From an uncultured Gammaproteobacteria bacterium (GTDB taxonomy: Bacteria > Pseudomonadota > Gammaproteobacteria > Pseudomonadales > Halomonadaceae), in assembly GCA_963773565.1 (NCBI GenBank), contig CAVZBU010000010.1:2896-66895 (forward strand): DNA of 64,000 bases. The letters run 5' to 3'. Positions 35,107 through 49,259 of this stretch are shown piece by piece (the stretch's first letter is position 1; each line of letters starts with the position of its first letter). Under the pieces are notes generated by a model. It was not told the DNA's origin, made no database searches, and saw nothing but the letters and a program-made list of their open reading frames with translations. The position numbers were made by a program, and so were the translations under genes.

Positions 35107-35319
35107 ACAATCACCTGTGTCATCCATCCGACAGGGACGGATCTTTCGAAAGCGGGGGATCTGGCAGCGAGGGAAACGAGTGAGGATAATCCGGCGCAAG
35201 CGCTTTGCATCGCCTGTCTTTCGCCTTACCATGGCGCGTTCAGTGGACGCGACACGGACGAACCGTCGCCGATCGCACCAGCCGCTCCTACGCACGCCAA
35301 CCGGAACGATCACGATACC

Positions 35320-35646
35320 ATGAGCTTGTCACAGGCACAAAAGAAAGCATTCCGCAGCATCGGCCACCATCTTTCGCCGCTGGTGACGGTCGCCGACAAC
35401 GGCATCACGGACGGCGTGATGGGCGAACTCAAGCGCGCGCTGAACGATCATGAGCTGGTCAAGATCAAGATCGCCATCGGCGAACGCGACGAGCGTACTG
35501 CGATTGCCGAACAGCTGGCCAGCGACAGCGGTGCCGAACTGGTCCAGACGATCGGCAAGATGGCCTTGCTGTATCGCCACAACCCCAAGGCCAACCCCAA
35601 GCTCTCGAACATTACCCGCTTCGAGGAGCATCACGGGCGGCGCTGA
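35320..35646 (+). CDS. yhbY: CRM-domain RNA-binding protein YhbY
   Basis: [27 protein letters not shown]. Confidence 0.93.
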   Translation: MSLSQAQKKAFRSIGHHLSPLVTVADNGITDGVMGELKRALNDHELVKIKIAIGERDERTAIAEQLASDSGAELVQTIGKMALLYRHNPKANPKLSNITRFEEHHGRR

Positions 35647-35694
35647 GCCCCAAAAACGCCGGATCGGCAGCCGTTACAACGCAACTCGTAACGC

Positions 35695-35721
35695 AAGAAG
35701 CCGCCCACCAGGGCGGCTTCT
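35695..35721. terminator. Terminator between convergent yhbY and greA
   Basis: AGAAGCCGCCC-ACCA-GGGCGGCTTCT stem followed by a T-rich tract. Confidence 0.7.
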
Positions 35722-35748
35722 GTGTTTTTCATCCAAACGCCTGCGCGG

Positions 35749-36221
35749 CTACAGATGCTCGACGCTCGAGATCTCGTACTCGACATCGCCGCGCGGGGTC
35801 CTGACCCCCACCACGTCGCCTTCCTCCTTGCCGATCAGCGCCCGCGCGATCGGCGAGGTCACCGAGACCTTGCCGGCCTTGATGTCGGCTTCGTCCTCAC
35901 CGACGATCTGATAACGCACCTCTTCGTCGTTATCCAGATTGATCAGCTCGACGGTGACGCCGAAGATCACCTTGCCGGTCTTGGGCATCTTGGTGACATC
36001 GATCACCTGGGAGGCCGACAGCTTGGACTCGATCTCCTGGATGCGCCCCTCGATAAAGCCCTGCTGCTCACGCGCGGCGTGATATTCGGCGTTTTCCTTC
36101 AGGTCGCCATGTTCGCGAGCCTCGGCGATGGCATTGATCACCCGAGGCCGCTCCACTCCCTTGAGCTGATTGAGCTCTTCACGCAGACGCTGCTCGCCTG
36201 CGACGGTCATCGGGACCTTGT

Positions 36222-36225
<4 letters not shown>
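35749..36225 (-). CDS. greA: Transcription elongation factor GreA
   Basis: [23 protein letters not shown]. Confidence 0.98.
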
Positions 36226-39476
<3,251 letters not shown>

Positions 39477-39530
39477 GACGATTCCCGCTAGAAAAGTGAC
39501 AGACGGCGACGCGGATAGAGTGGGCGCGGC

Positions 39531-40677
39531 TCAGCGGCGTTCGCGCATGACCCGCACGAAACGGTCGAACAGCGGCGACACGTCGCGCGGACCGGGGCTC
39601 GCCTCGGGGTGACCCTGGAAGCTGAATGCCGCCCGGTCGGTCCGCTCGATACCCTGCAGAGTGCCGTCGAACAGCGAACGATGGGTGGTGCGTAGCGTCG
39701 CCGGCAGGCTGGTCTCGTCGACCGCAAAGCCGTGGTTCTGGCTGGTGATCATCACCCTGCCGCTGCCTAGATCCTGCACCGGATGGTTGGCGCCGTGATG
39801 GCCGATGATTCATCTTTACCGTGCGCGCCCCGGAGGCCAGCGCCAGCAGCTGATGGCCCAGACAGATGCCGAACACCGGGGTGTCGGTATCGAGGATCTC
39901 GGCGATCGCCTTGATCGCGTAGTCGCAGGGCTCGGGGTCGCCCGGGCCGTTGGCCAGGAACACGCCGTCGGGCTTCATCGCCAGCACTTCGGCGGCCGGG
40001 GTCTGCGCCGGCACCACGGTCAGCCGGCAGCCGCGCGCGGCGAGCAGGCGCAGGATGTTGTGCTTGCAGCCGTAGTCGTAGGCGACCACGTGGAAGGGCC
40101 GCTCAGCGGCGGCGGTATCGGCGTAGCCCTCGCCCAGCGTCCAGTCGCCCTGGCTCCATTCGTAACGCTCGGTGCAGCTGACTTCCTTGGCCAGGTCCAT
40201 GCCCTTGAGGCCGGGGAACTCGCGCGCCGCTGCCAGCGCACGCTCGGTGGCATCGTCGCCTTCGGCATCGGGTCCGGCGAGAATCGCCCCGTTCTGCGCG
40301 CCCTTGTCGCGCAGGATGCGCGTCAGCCGGCGCGTGTCGATATCGGCGATGGCCAGCACGTTCTGGCTCTTGAGGTAGTCGTCCAGGGTCCGCTGGCTGC
40401 GAAAATTGCTGGCCATCAGTGGCAGATCGCGAATCACCAGTCCCGCCGCACTGATGCGCGCGGATTCGACATCCTCGTCATTGATGCCGGTGTTGCCGAT
40501 ATGCGGATAGGTGAGCGTGACGATCTGCCGGGTATAGGAGGGGTCGGTAAGGATTTCCTGATAGCCGGTCATGGCCGTATTGAAAACCACCTCGCCGCTG
40601 GTCTGTCCATCGGCGCCGATGGCGCTGCCATGAAATACGCTGCCATCTGCCAGGGCCAGTATCGCGGGTCTAGTCAA
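39531..40677 (-). CDS. carA: Carbamoyl-phosphate synthase small subunit (frameshift near 39808)
   Basis: [28 protein letters not shown], then [24 protein letters not shown] start. Confidence 0.96.
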
Positions 40678-40759
40678 CGCAACGTCCTCCAGTGCTCACT
40701 TCGCAAGACGGCACGGCGTGCCGCCTCAAACGTTTCTCCGCGCATCCGCAAGCACATGC

Positions 40760-40843
40760 TCACGGACGCTCAGGTCGTAAAAAAGCGGGACGAAACCCGA
40801 AGAAGACCGGTTCCATCCCGCTTGTTGTTGTCCGCGTTTTCAC
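40760..40843 (-). promoter_or_regulatory. carA leader attenuator: terminator hairpin inside a putative 27-aa leader ORF
   Basis: Minus strand AAGCGGGATGGAACCGG...GGTTTCGTCCCGCTTTTTT (40779-40823), about 100 nt before carA; GTG 40843 to TGA 40760. Confidence 0.6.
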
Positions 40844-41003
40844 ATCGGCGGCCTTGCCAATCGCCAGATTGCCACGCCGGCCAGGTGCTTGGGCCACTCT
40901 TACCGCTTCCGAGTAAGCCCCAGCCCGGCCAAATTGACGAGATTCTACCGGAAACCACGCACCGAGGCCAGCCTTGCGAGCGACAAGCGCCTCTACACAG
41001 GCC

Positions 41004-41864
<861 letters not shown>

Positions 41865-41956
41865 TTAAAGCCGCGAAAGTATAGCAACTGCCGACCCGGC
41901 GCGCCCGTATGGACGGCACCAGGAGACTCCGCCATACTGGCCCGCGAGCGCACAAT

Positions 41957-41977
41957 CGCAATAAGAATCATGTTTAA
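41957..41977 (+). promoter_or_regulatory. Putative Fur box
   Basis: AATAAGAATCATG matches the Fur core AATGATAATCATT at 10/13; AT-rich patch ~75 bp upstream of an iron-type ABC operon. Confidence 0.55.
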
Positions 41978-42049
41978 AAACCTCCAAGATCCGTCCGCGT
42001 CCCACTGGTGGAACTCGACGTGACCCATCAACGAGTACGACATCCGCAC

Positions 42050-43177
42050 ATGCTTAACTCACTGTTCAAGGTCATCGGTGGTACGGCCATCGCCCTCGGC
42101 ATTACGTCCGTCCAGGCCGACCCGATAACCGTAACGGACATCGCCGGCCGTGAAGTCACCGTCGATACACCCGTCGAGCGCATGATCCTTGGCGAGGGCC
42201 GTCAGATCTACCTGCTTGGGGCGCTGGAACCGGAAGCCCCCTTCGAGCATGTGGTGGGCTGGCGACAGGACTTCTCCCAGGCCGATCCGGACAACTATGC
42301 GAGCTACGCCGCCAAGTTCCCAGAGTTGAAGCAGATTCCGACTTTCGGCGGCTTCAAGGACGGCACCTTCGACGTCGAACAGGCCGCTGCGCTCCAGCCG
42401 GACGTGGTGCTGATGAACCTCGAAGCCAAGGCCGCCACCGAGGATGCAGCCTACGACGACAAGCTGGCCCAGCTCGGCATCCCGATCGTCTATGTGGACT
42501 TTCGCGAGGATCCCCTCGCCCACACCATTCCCTCGATGCGCCTGATGGGACGTCTACTGGACGAGGAGCAAAAGGCCCAGGCCTTCATCGACTTCGCCGA
42601 GGCCCAGATGGCCCGCGTCACCGAGACGATCGCGGCGGCCGATCCCGAGCGCCCGAAAGTCTTCATCGACCGAGCCGGGGGCTATTCCGAAGACTGCTGC
42701 ATGAGCTTCGGGCCGGGCAACTTCGGCGAGTATGTCGAACTCGCGGGTGGTACCAATATCGCCGCCGACATCATTCCCAACACCTTCGGCACCCTGAACC
42801 CCGAGCAGATCATCGCCGCCAACCCGGACCATGTGGTTGTCACCGGGGGCAATTGGGACGCCTATGTTCCCGGCGGAGACTGGGTCGGTGTGGGGCCGGG
42901 CGCCGACATCGACGCGGCCCGCAAGAAGCTCAAGGGGCTGACCGAGCGCACCGCCATGACCGGTATCACGGCCGTGGAGACCGGTAACTTCCACGCCATC
43001 TGGCACCAGTTCTACAACAGCCCCTACTACTTCGTCGCGGTGCAGCAGCTGGCCAAATGGTTCCATCCGGATCTATTCAGCGATCTGGACCCCGAGGCTA
43101 CCCTGCGGACCCTGCACGAGCGTTTCCTGCCGGTGGACTACGAGCCCGGGTATTGGATATCACTCCATGACCACTGA
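42050..43177 (+). CDS. ABC transporter substrate-binding protein (iron-siderophore/cobalamin type)
   Basis: Signal peptide, ITVTDIAGREVT, NPEQIIAANPD. Confidence 0.88.
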   Translation: MLNSLFKVIGGTAIALGITSVQADPITVTDIAGREVTVDTPVERMILGEGRQIYLLGALEPEAPFEHVVGWRQDFSQADPDNYASYAAKFPELKQIPTFGGFKDGTFDVEQAAALQPDVVLMNLEAKAATEDAAYDDKLAQLGIPIVYVDFREDPLAHTIPSMRLMGRLLDEEQKAQAFIDFAEAQMARVTETIAAADPERPKVFIDRAGGYSEDCCMSFGPGNFGEYVELAGGTNIAADIIPNTFGTLNPEQIIAANPDHVVVTGGNWDAYVPGGDWVGVGPGADIDAARKKLKGLTERTAMTGITAVETGNFHAIWHQFYNSPYYFVAVQQLAKWFHPDLFSDLDPEATLRTLHERFLPVDYEPGYWISLHDH

Positions 43178-44240
43178 GAGCAGCCTCAGCACTACCGGTG
43201 CCCTCAAGGGTAACGCCCATTACCGCAGCCTGGTGTTCCGGCGTCAGTTGATTCTGGCCGGACTCGCGCTGGCGCTGTGTCTTAGCCTGTGCGTCGACCT
43301 GGCGCTCGGACCCGCACGCTATGGCCTGGGAGAGGTGATCACCGCCCTGCTCACCCCCGCTGCCGTGAGCGAGCCGGTCAGAGTGATCCTATGGGAAATC
43401 CGCATGCCGGTAGCGCTGATGGCCCTGGTGGTCGGCGCCAGTCTGTCGATCGCCGGCGCCCAGATGCAGACCATCCTCAGCAACCCGCTGGCCAGCCCCT
43501 TCACACTGGGCATCTCCGCCGGCGCCAGCTTCGGCGCCGCCCTGGCGCTCGCCTTCGGTGTGTCGCTGGTGCCCGCCGCCGTCGACTACATCATCCCGAT
43601 CAACGCCTTTGTCATGGCCATGCTGACCGCCCTCGCCATCCACCTGCTGAGCATGCGACGCGGGGTGACGATCGAGACCATCGTGCTGCTAGGCATCGCC
43701 ATGGTGTTCATCTTCAACTCGCTAATGGCGCTGATCCAGTTCTTCGCCAGTCAGCAGGCGGTGGCCGCGGTGGTATTCTGGACCATGGGCAGCCTGACCA
43801 AGGCGACCTGGCCCAAATTGTGGATCGCGCTAGGGGTGCTAGCGGCCGTGCTGCCACTGCTGGCGCGTCACGGCTGGGCTCTGACCGCCATGCGCCTGGG
43901 CGATGCCAAGGCCGAGAGCCTGGGAGTGAAGCCGCGGGCGCTGCGCCTCGAGGTGCTGGTGCTGGTGTCGCTGCTGGCCGCCATCGCGGTGGCCTTCGTC
44001 GGCACCATTGGCTTCATCGGTCTGGTCGGGCCGCATATCGCCCGCCTGCTGCTCGGCGAGGATCAGCGTTTCTTCCTGCCCGGCTCGGCACTCTGCGGTG
44101 CACTGATCCTTTCCGTGGGTTCGGTGCTGTCGAAGGTCGTCCTGCCCGGCACTATCATTCCCATCGGCATCATCACCTCGCTGGTGGGCATCCCATTCTT
44201 CCTGTTCCTCGTGCTCAGTCACAAGAAGGCTTCATGGTAA
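43167..44240 (+). CDS. FecCD family ABC permease
   Basis: MQTILSNPLASPFTLGISAGA, LGDAKAESLGV, GTIGFIGLVGPHIAR. Confidence 0.92.
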   Translation: MTTESSLSTTGALKGNAHYRSLVFRRQLILAGLALALCLSLCVDLALGPARYGLGEVITALLTPAAVSEPVRVILWEIRMPVALMALVVGASLSIAGAQMQTILSNPLASPFTLGISAGASFGAALALAFGVSLVPAAVDYIIPINAFVMAMLTALAIHLLSMRRGVTIETIVLLGIAMVFIFNSLMALIQFFASQQAVAAVVFWTMGSLTKATWPKLWIALGVLAAVLPLLARHGWALTAMRLGDAKAESLGVKPRALRLEVLVLVSLLAAIAVAFVGTIGFIGLVGPHIARLLLGEDQRFFLPGSALCGALILSVGSVLSKVVLPGTIIPIGIITSLVGIPFFLFLVLSHKKASW

Positions 44241-44983
44241 CGCTCACCCTCGACCGCCTGTCGGCCCATTATGGCCGGCGCCAGATCCTTTCCGAGATCA
44301 CCACACCCACGTTCTCGGGCGGCCAGGTCGTGGCCCTGCTGGGCCCCAATGCCGCCGGCAAGTCGACACTCTTCCGGCGCATCCTCGGGCTGCTCAACGG
44401 CGGGGGCAAGGTTCATATAGAAGGAGCGACCAGCGAGCGCCCGGTGGCCTACATGCCCCAGGAAACCGGTGCCAACGCGATGCTGACGGTCTATGAGTCG
44501 GTGCTGCTGGCGCGTATGCAGGGTCGTAGTCTGCGGGTGCAACCCGAGGATCTCGAAGAAGTGGATCGCGCGCTGAGCGATCTGGGCATCGTCGCCCTGG
44601 GCGAGCGCGACATCGGCAACCTCAGCGGCGGCCAGCGGCAGTTGGTCAGCGCCGCCCAGGCCCTGGTGCAGGCCCCCGAGATCCTGCTCCTCGACGAGCC
44701 CACCTCGGCGCTGGACCTGCACCGCCAGATCAGCCTGCTGGGGATCCTCCGTCAACTGGCGCGCGAGCGGAAGATGCTGGTCATCGCCTCACTGCATGAC
44801 CTGGGCCATGCGCTGCGTTTCACCGACCAGACGATGGTGCTCGAGAGTGGCCGACTGGTCGCCTGCGGAGCGACCGTGCAGGTAGTTACTCCGGCACTGC
44901 TGCGCCAAGTGTTTCAGGTGGATGCCCGCATCGAGCCCTGCTCGCAGGGCCGCCCACAGCTCATCGTCGAAGCGGCCGTCTGA
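44234..44983 (+). CDS. ABC transporter ATP-binding protein (FecE/FepC type)
   Basis: GPNAAGKST, LSGGQRQ, LLLDEPTSALD, SLHD. Confidence 0.92.
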   Translation: MVTLTLDRLSAHYGRRQILSEITTPTFSGGQVVALLGPNAAGKSTLFRRILGLLNGGGKVHIEGATSERPVAYMPQETGANAMLTVYESVLLARMQGRSLRVQPEDLEEVDRALSDLGIVALGERDIGNLSGGQRQLVSAAQALVQAPEILLLDEPTSALDLHRQISLLGILRQLARERKMLVIASLHDLGHALRFTDQTMVLESGRLVACGATVQVVTPALLRQVFQVDARIEPCSQGRPQLIVEAAV

Positions 44984-45857
44984 GGCGTCCCTCGAAAGCC
45001 GCCAGGGCGGCACCGCTCAGCACCAGCGGAAGGGCCAGCACAAAGCCACTCGAGAGCGGTTGCCCGAAAAGCCACACATCCGCCAACACCGGCCAGATAA
45101 GCGCCACGTACTCGAAGGGCGCCAGGCGCGAGACTTCGGCAAAACGTAGCGCCATGGTCATACAGATATGCGCCGCACCGCCGAACAGCCCCGACAGCAC
45201 CAGCAAACCAAGCGTTTCCCGGGAGACGGCCACCCACCCCAGCGGCAAAGTCGCCAGACCGGCCAGGGCCGTGACCAGAACGAAGTAGAAAGCGATGGAG
45301 GCGGCGGTCTCGGTGCGCGAAATTCGCCGCACGGTCAGCAGCGCCCCCGCCGTCAGCAGGGCTGCCAGAATGCCCAATGCATATCCGAGCACACGCCCCT
45401 CCACCTGAGGGCCCTTTAGCTCGGGCAGCACCAGCGCTGCCACCCCGCTGAGCACCAATACCAGGGCCGTCGCTCGGTGCAGACTGAAACGCTCGCCCAG
45501 CAGCATCACGCCACCCACGGCCATGGCTACCGGTGACAGCTGTGCCAATAGCGTCGCCTCGGCCACCGGCAACCGGGCCACTGCCGCGAAGGATGCGAAC
45601 ATCGCCGCCGCCCCCAACCCCGAGCGCATCAGGTGGCCGAGCGGACGCCGCGTGGCCAGGGCCCCTGGGAACTCCCGCCGCAAGGCCATGAAGGCAACGA
45701 TGGGCAGCAGCGCGAAGGCTGAACGAAAGAATACGGTCTGCCCCAGCGGCACCTGGGTGCTGACCGCCTTGACACACACCATCATGCCGGTGAAGAGCAG
45801 GCCCGATAACAGCCTGAGCAGAATACCGGCCAGCGGGCGGTCCGCGATGTCATTCAT
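44961..45857 (-). CDS. DMT/EamA family transporter
   Basis: About 10 TM segments, LLGERFS, LAPFEYVAL. Confidence 0.85.
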   Translation of the reverse strand: MNDIADRPLAGILLRLLSGLLFTGMMVCVKAVSTQVPLGQTVFFRSAFALLPIVAFMALRREFPGALATRRPLGHLMRSGLGAAAMFASFAAVARLPVAEATLLAQLSPVAMAVGGVMLLGERFSLHRATALVLVLSGVAALVLPELKGPQVEGRVLGYALGILAALLTAGALLTVRRISRTETAASIAFYFVLVTALAGLATLPLGWVAVSRETLGLLVLSGLFGGAAHICMTMALRFAEVSRLAPFEYVALIWPVLADVWLFGQPLSSGFVLALPLVLSGAALAAFEGRLRRPLRR

Positions 45858-46127
45858 CTTGAGTGCCTACCGAACTGAGCGAGAACCGAACGCGGCCGGC
45901 GGTGAATGGGCAGGGTTACCGTCGGCTATTTGGCACGTTGCGGATGGCCAGAGAAGCCGCTTCGCTACCAGGCGGCGTCCCTTCGGGAAGTGCGCGGCGC
46001 TCTGGGCAATAGCAGACTGATCGGCGAGCAGTATATCAATGCGACCCGATGGCGTCTGTCATGCCGGCGCTCCCGCCATGCTAGGCTCGGGAGTACAACC
46101 AGTTCGTCGTGCATTACAGGAGCCGCC

Positions 46128-47123
46128 ATGGCCCATCGTTATCTTCCTGGGTACGTGCGCTGGGCACTACCATTGCTGACCGCCAGTCTGCTGGCCGGCT
46201 GCGCCCGCGAGGCCCGCCAGACCCATTTGATGACCGGCAACGTCAAGCAACCACCCACAGCGCTCGAGTGGTGCGGCAGCCTGGCGCTGCCCGGAAAGTG
46301 GCAGGATGAAACCCCGGTCGGAGGCCTTTCCGACCTGGCCTGGGACGCCGACGAGTCATTGCTCTATCTGGTTTCCGATCGCGGCTGGCTGCATCGCGTG
46401 AGACCGCGTTTCCGCGAGGACGAACTGATCGCCCTCGACCCGCTCAAGACCTACGTGTTGCGCGACGCCGACGGCAATGCCTTCAAGACCAGCGACGCCG
46501 ATGCCGAATCGCTGATCCTGCAGCGCGCTGACAACGGCAAGCGGGGCGATAGCGTGCTGCTGATCGGCTTCGAGGGCAACACACGTCTGCAGCGCTTCTA
46601 TCCCAATGGCCGTGCCGCCGATGAAGCGTTGTATCCCGGCGGGCTGCGCGGCGCCGACATCAACCACGGCCCCGAAGCGATGGCCCGGCACCCGAGCGAG
46701 GGGGTGATCGTCGGCCTGGAGGGCCCGCCCCAGGACAATGGGGAGAGCAATGAGACCGGCATGACGCGGCTATTCGCGCTCGACTCCGGCGCCGAATGGC
46801 GCTATCCCCTGGCTGACGAAGCCGGCAGCGCGCTGACCGCGCTGGCTCCCTACGGCAATGGCCTGCTGGCGCTGGAGCGTGCGTTCGCCCCGCCAGCACC
46901 GCTGGTGGTCAGCCTGCGTCAGGTAAGCCTGGCCAGCAACGCACGGCTCGAGGTCACGACGCTAGCACGACTGTCGACCGGCGAAGGCTGGCGGCTCGAC
47001 AACTTCGAAGGGCTGACGGCGCTGTCCGATCGGCGCTTTCTGATGATCAGCGACGATAACTTCAGCCTCGCTCAGGAGACACTGTTGAGCTGTTTCGAGC
47101 TGCCGCCGCCCGACGCTGAGTGA
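46128..47123 (+). CDS. Esterase-like activity of phytase family lipoprotein
   Basis: Lipobox LLAGC; GGLSDL, VSDRG, DAESL, GPEAM, DNFEGL, ISDDNF motifs; SD CAGGAG. Confidence 0.8.
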   Translation: MAHRYLPGYVRWALPLLTASLLAGCAREARQTHLMTGNVKQPPTALEWCGSLALPGKWQDETPVGGLSDLAWDADESLLYLVSDRGWLHRVRPRFREDELIALDPLKTYVLRDADGNAFKTSDADAESLILQRADNGKRGDSVLLIGFEGNTRLQRFYPNGRAADEALYPGGLRGADINHGPEAMARHPSEGVIVGLEGPPQDNGESNETGMTRLFALDSGAEWRYPLADEAGSALTALAPYGNGLLALERAFAPPAPLVVSLRQVSLASNARLEVTTLARLSTGEGWRLDNFEGLTALSDRRFLMISDDNFSLAQETLLSCFELPPPDAE

Positions 47124-48018
47124 TGTCGCGCCTGAGCAGCAGCGCGATTGCCAGGATGACCAGCAGACTGCCCGGCAGCCACGTCCAGTCCAGTCGCTGG
47201 GGCTCGCGGAAAAACAGCAGCAACATCGACACGAACGGCACCAGGTAGCTGTAAGCGGTCACCGCGCCGGGCGTCAGCACGGCGGTGGCACGCTGCTGCA
47301 ACCAGAAGGTCAGGCCACTGGAAAACAGCCCCAGATAGATCAGCACCAGTGCATCGCCCAGGCTCAGCCGTGCCAGCTCCGTGGCGCCCCCGCGCGCCAG
47401 TCCCACCAAAGCGATCAGCGCCCCGCCCAGCGCCAGGCTCCAGAAAGTCCTCACTCCGGCCGAAGCGGACAGCCAGCCACGCTCGAGCCCCCACTTGCTG
47501 AGCACCGGATACAGCGCCGAGGCGATGCAACCGACGAAGAACACCGCCTCGCCGCGGCCGAAGCGCAGTGCCGCCCAGTCGCCGCCGGATTCGGCCCAGG
47601 CCAGCGCCAGGGCGCCCAGTGCACCCAGCAGCAGGATCGACGGCAGCCGCCAGGCCAGTCGCTCGACGCGCAGCGTCAAGCCCAGGCAGTACGCCAGCAG
47701 CGGCACGCTGACGAACAGCGTCGCCATCGACACCGCCGAAGCGCGGTGCGCCGCCCAGAACATCGCCCCGAAGAAGCCAGTCAGGCATAACCCCATCAGC
47801 GCGTAGAGCAGCAACCCCGCTCTGCCGGGACGCAGCGACGGCGCGTGGCGAACCAGTGGCCACAGCGCCAGCGCAGCGATCGCGAAGCGGATCGCGGTCA
47901 GCAGCAACGGCGGCAACCCCTCGCTCATCAGCCCCACGGCGGGAAACGACAGCCCGACCAGCAGCGCCCACAGCAGCATCCCGGCGTGGGCGCGTGCCAC
48001 ATCACGGCTCGACGTCAT
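47062..48018 (-). CDS. DMT/EamA family transporter
   Basis: Multi-TM, PLLLTAIRFAIA, AYSYLVPFVS; SD AGGAGG before ATG 48018. Confidence 0.85.
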   Translation of the reverse strand: MTSSRDVARAHAGMLLWALLVGLSFPAVGLMSEGLPPLLLTAIRFAIAALALWPLVRHAPSLRPGRAGLLLYALMGLCLTGFFGAMFWAAHRASAVSMATLFVSVPLLAYCLGLTLRVERLAWRLPSILLLGALGALALAWAESGGDWAALRFGRGEAVFFVGCIASALYPVLSKWGLERGWLSASAGVRTFWSLALGGALIALVGLARGGATELARLSLGDALVLIYLGLFSSGLTFWLQQRATAVLTPGAVTAYSYLVPFVSMLLLFFREPQRLDWTWLPGSLLVILAIALLLRRDITQRRAAAARNSSTVSPERG

Positions 48019-48221
48019 CGACAACCTCCTGCGAAGCAGTATGCGCAATGCCCCCGCGACACCGGCCCGCTTCAGCGCGGCAGCAGGCCGTGACCGCCCA
48101 GCCTAACGCGCCGCCCGGCACGACGCACGTCGACGATACCCGCGGACGCCGCCACCCGCAGCTTCTGACTATTCTCATAGCCAGAGGCATCCATTCCGTC
48201 AGCGGCGAAGAGGACTCGACG

Positions 48222-49187
48222 ATGATCGTCAACTGCGTGGCCTACGAACGAGGACGCCGACTGAGCGACATCCAGCCCCGCGAGGTCAACGACTACCTGA
48301 ACCGGCCGGACTGTTTCGTCTGGGTGGCGCTGCACGACCCCACGCCCGACGAACTCGCGACCTTCCAGACGGTCTTCGACCTTCACGAGCTGGCCGTCGA
48401 GGATGCCCTGAACGGCGGGCAGCGCCCCAAGGTCGAGGAGTACGGCGAGACGCTGTTTGTCGTCATCCGCATGGCCACGATGGCCCGGGACGACCTCGAG
48501 GACGGCCAGATCGCCGTGTTCGCCGGCCCGGGCTTCGTGCTCTCGGTGCGTCGCCACGCGAAGCAGGGCTTCAGCGACGTGCGCCGACGCTGCGAGCGCG
48601 AACCCGAGCTACTCCAGCAGGGGCCGGCGTTCGTGCTCTATGCGCTGATGGATGCCATCGTCGATCGTTACTTTCCGGTGGTCGAGGCACTGGAGAGCGA
48701 GCTGGAGGCGATCGAGGACCAGATCTTCGTCGAGGACAGCGCCCGCGCCAGCCTCGAGCGTCTCTACCAGCTCAAGCGCCAGGTCATGCAGGTCAGGCAT
48801 GCCGTGACGCCACTGGCCGAGGCCTCATCCCACCTGTTCGGCGGCCGCGTTCCCTCGCTGTGCCGCGGCACCCAGGAATACTTCCGCGACGTCTACGACC
48901 ACCTGGATCGCATCGAGGCGTCGCTGGAGACCATCCGCGAGACGATCATCACCGCCATCCAGGTCAACCTGTCGCTGGTCGCCATCGACGAGAGCACGGT
49001 ACACAAGCGGCTGGCCTCCTGGGCGGCGATCTTCGCTGCGGCGACCATCCTCGCCGGCATCTGGGGCATGAACTTCACCCACATGCCGGAGCTTGACTGG
49101 CGGCTGGGCTACCCGATGGCGCTGGCGCTGATGGCGGCGGCCTGCGGTGGACTCTACCGGCGCTTCCGCAAGGCCGGGTGGCTATAG
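48222..49187 (+). CDS. corA: Magnesium/cobalt transporter CorA
   Basis: LHELAVEDAL, QRPKVEEY, YFRDVYDH, GIWGMNF signature, MPEL. Confidence 0.93.
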   Translation: MIVNCVAYERGRRLSDIQPREVNDYLNRPDCFVWVALHDPTPDELATFQTVFDLHELAVEDALNGGQRPKVEEYGETLFVVIRMATMARDDLEDGQIAVFAGPGFVLSVRRHAKQGFSDVRRRCEREPELLQQGPAFVLYALMDAIVDRYFPVVEALESELEAIEDQIFVEDSARASLERLYQLKRQVMQVRHAVTPLAEASSHLFGGRVPSLCRGTQEYFRDVYDHLDRIEASLETIRETIITAIQVNLSLVAIDESTVHKRLASWAAIFAAATILAGIWGMNFTHMPELDWRLGYPMALALMAAACGGLYRRFRKAGWL

Positions 49188-49259
49188 CCCGCACTGACAA
49201 GGCTCCTCGTGCACGTTATCTTGTTATCGGCTTATATATATTCGGAACGAGGAGAGCGG

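Noticed and set aside
43289..44233. Apparent 564-aa ABC ATPase with a long N-terminal domain
   Set aside because: The extension is an off-frame overlap with the permease; the plausible start is ATG 44234.
48019..48221. Magnesium riboswitch or leader peptide upstream of corA
   Set aside because: No recognisable conserved structure or leader ORF with an RBS.
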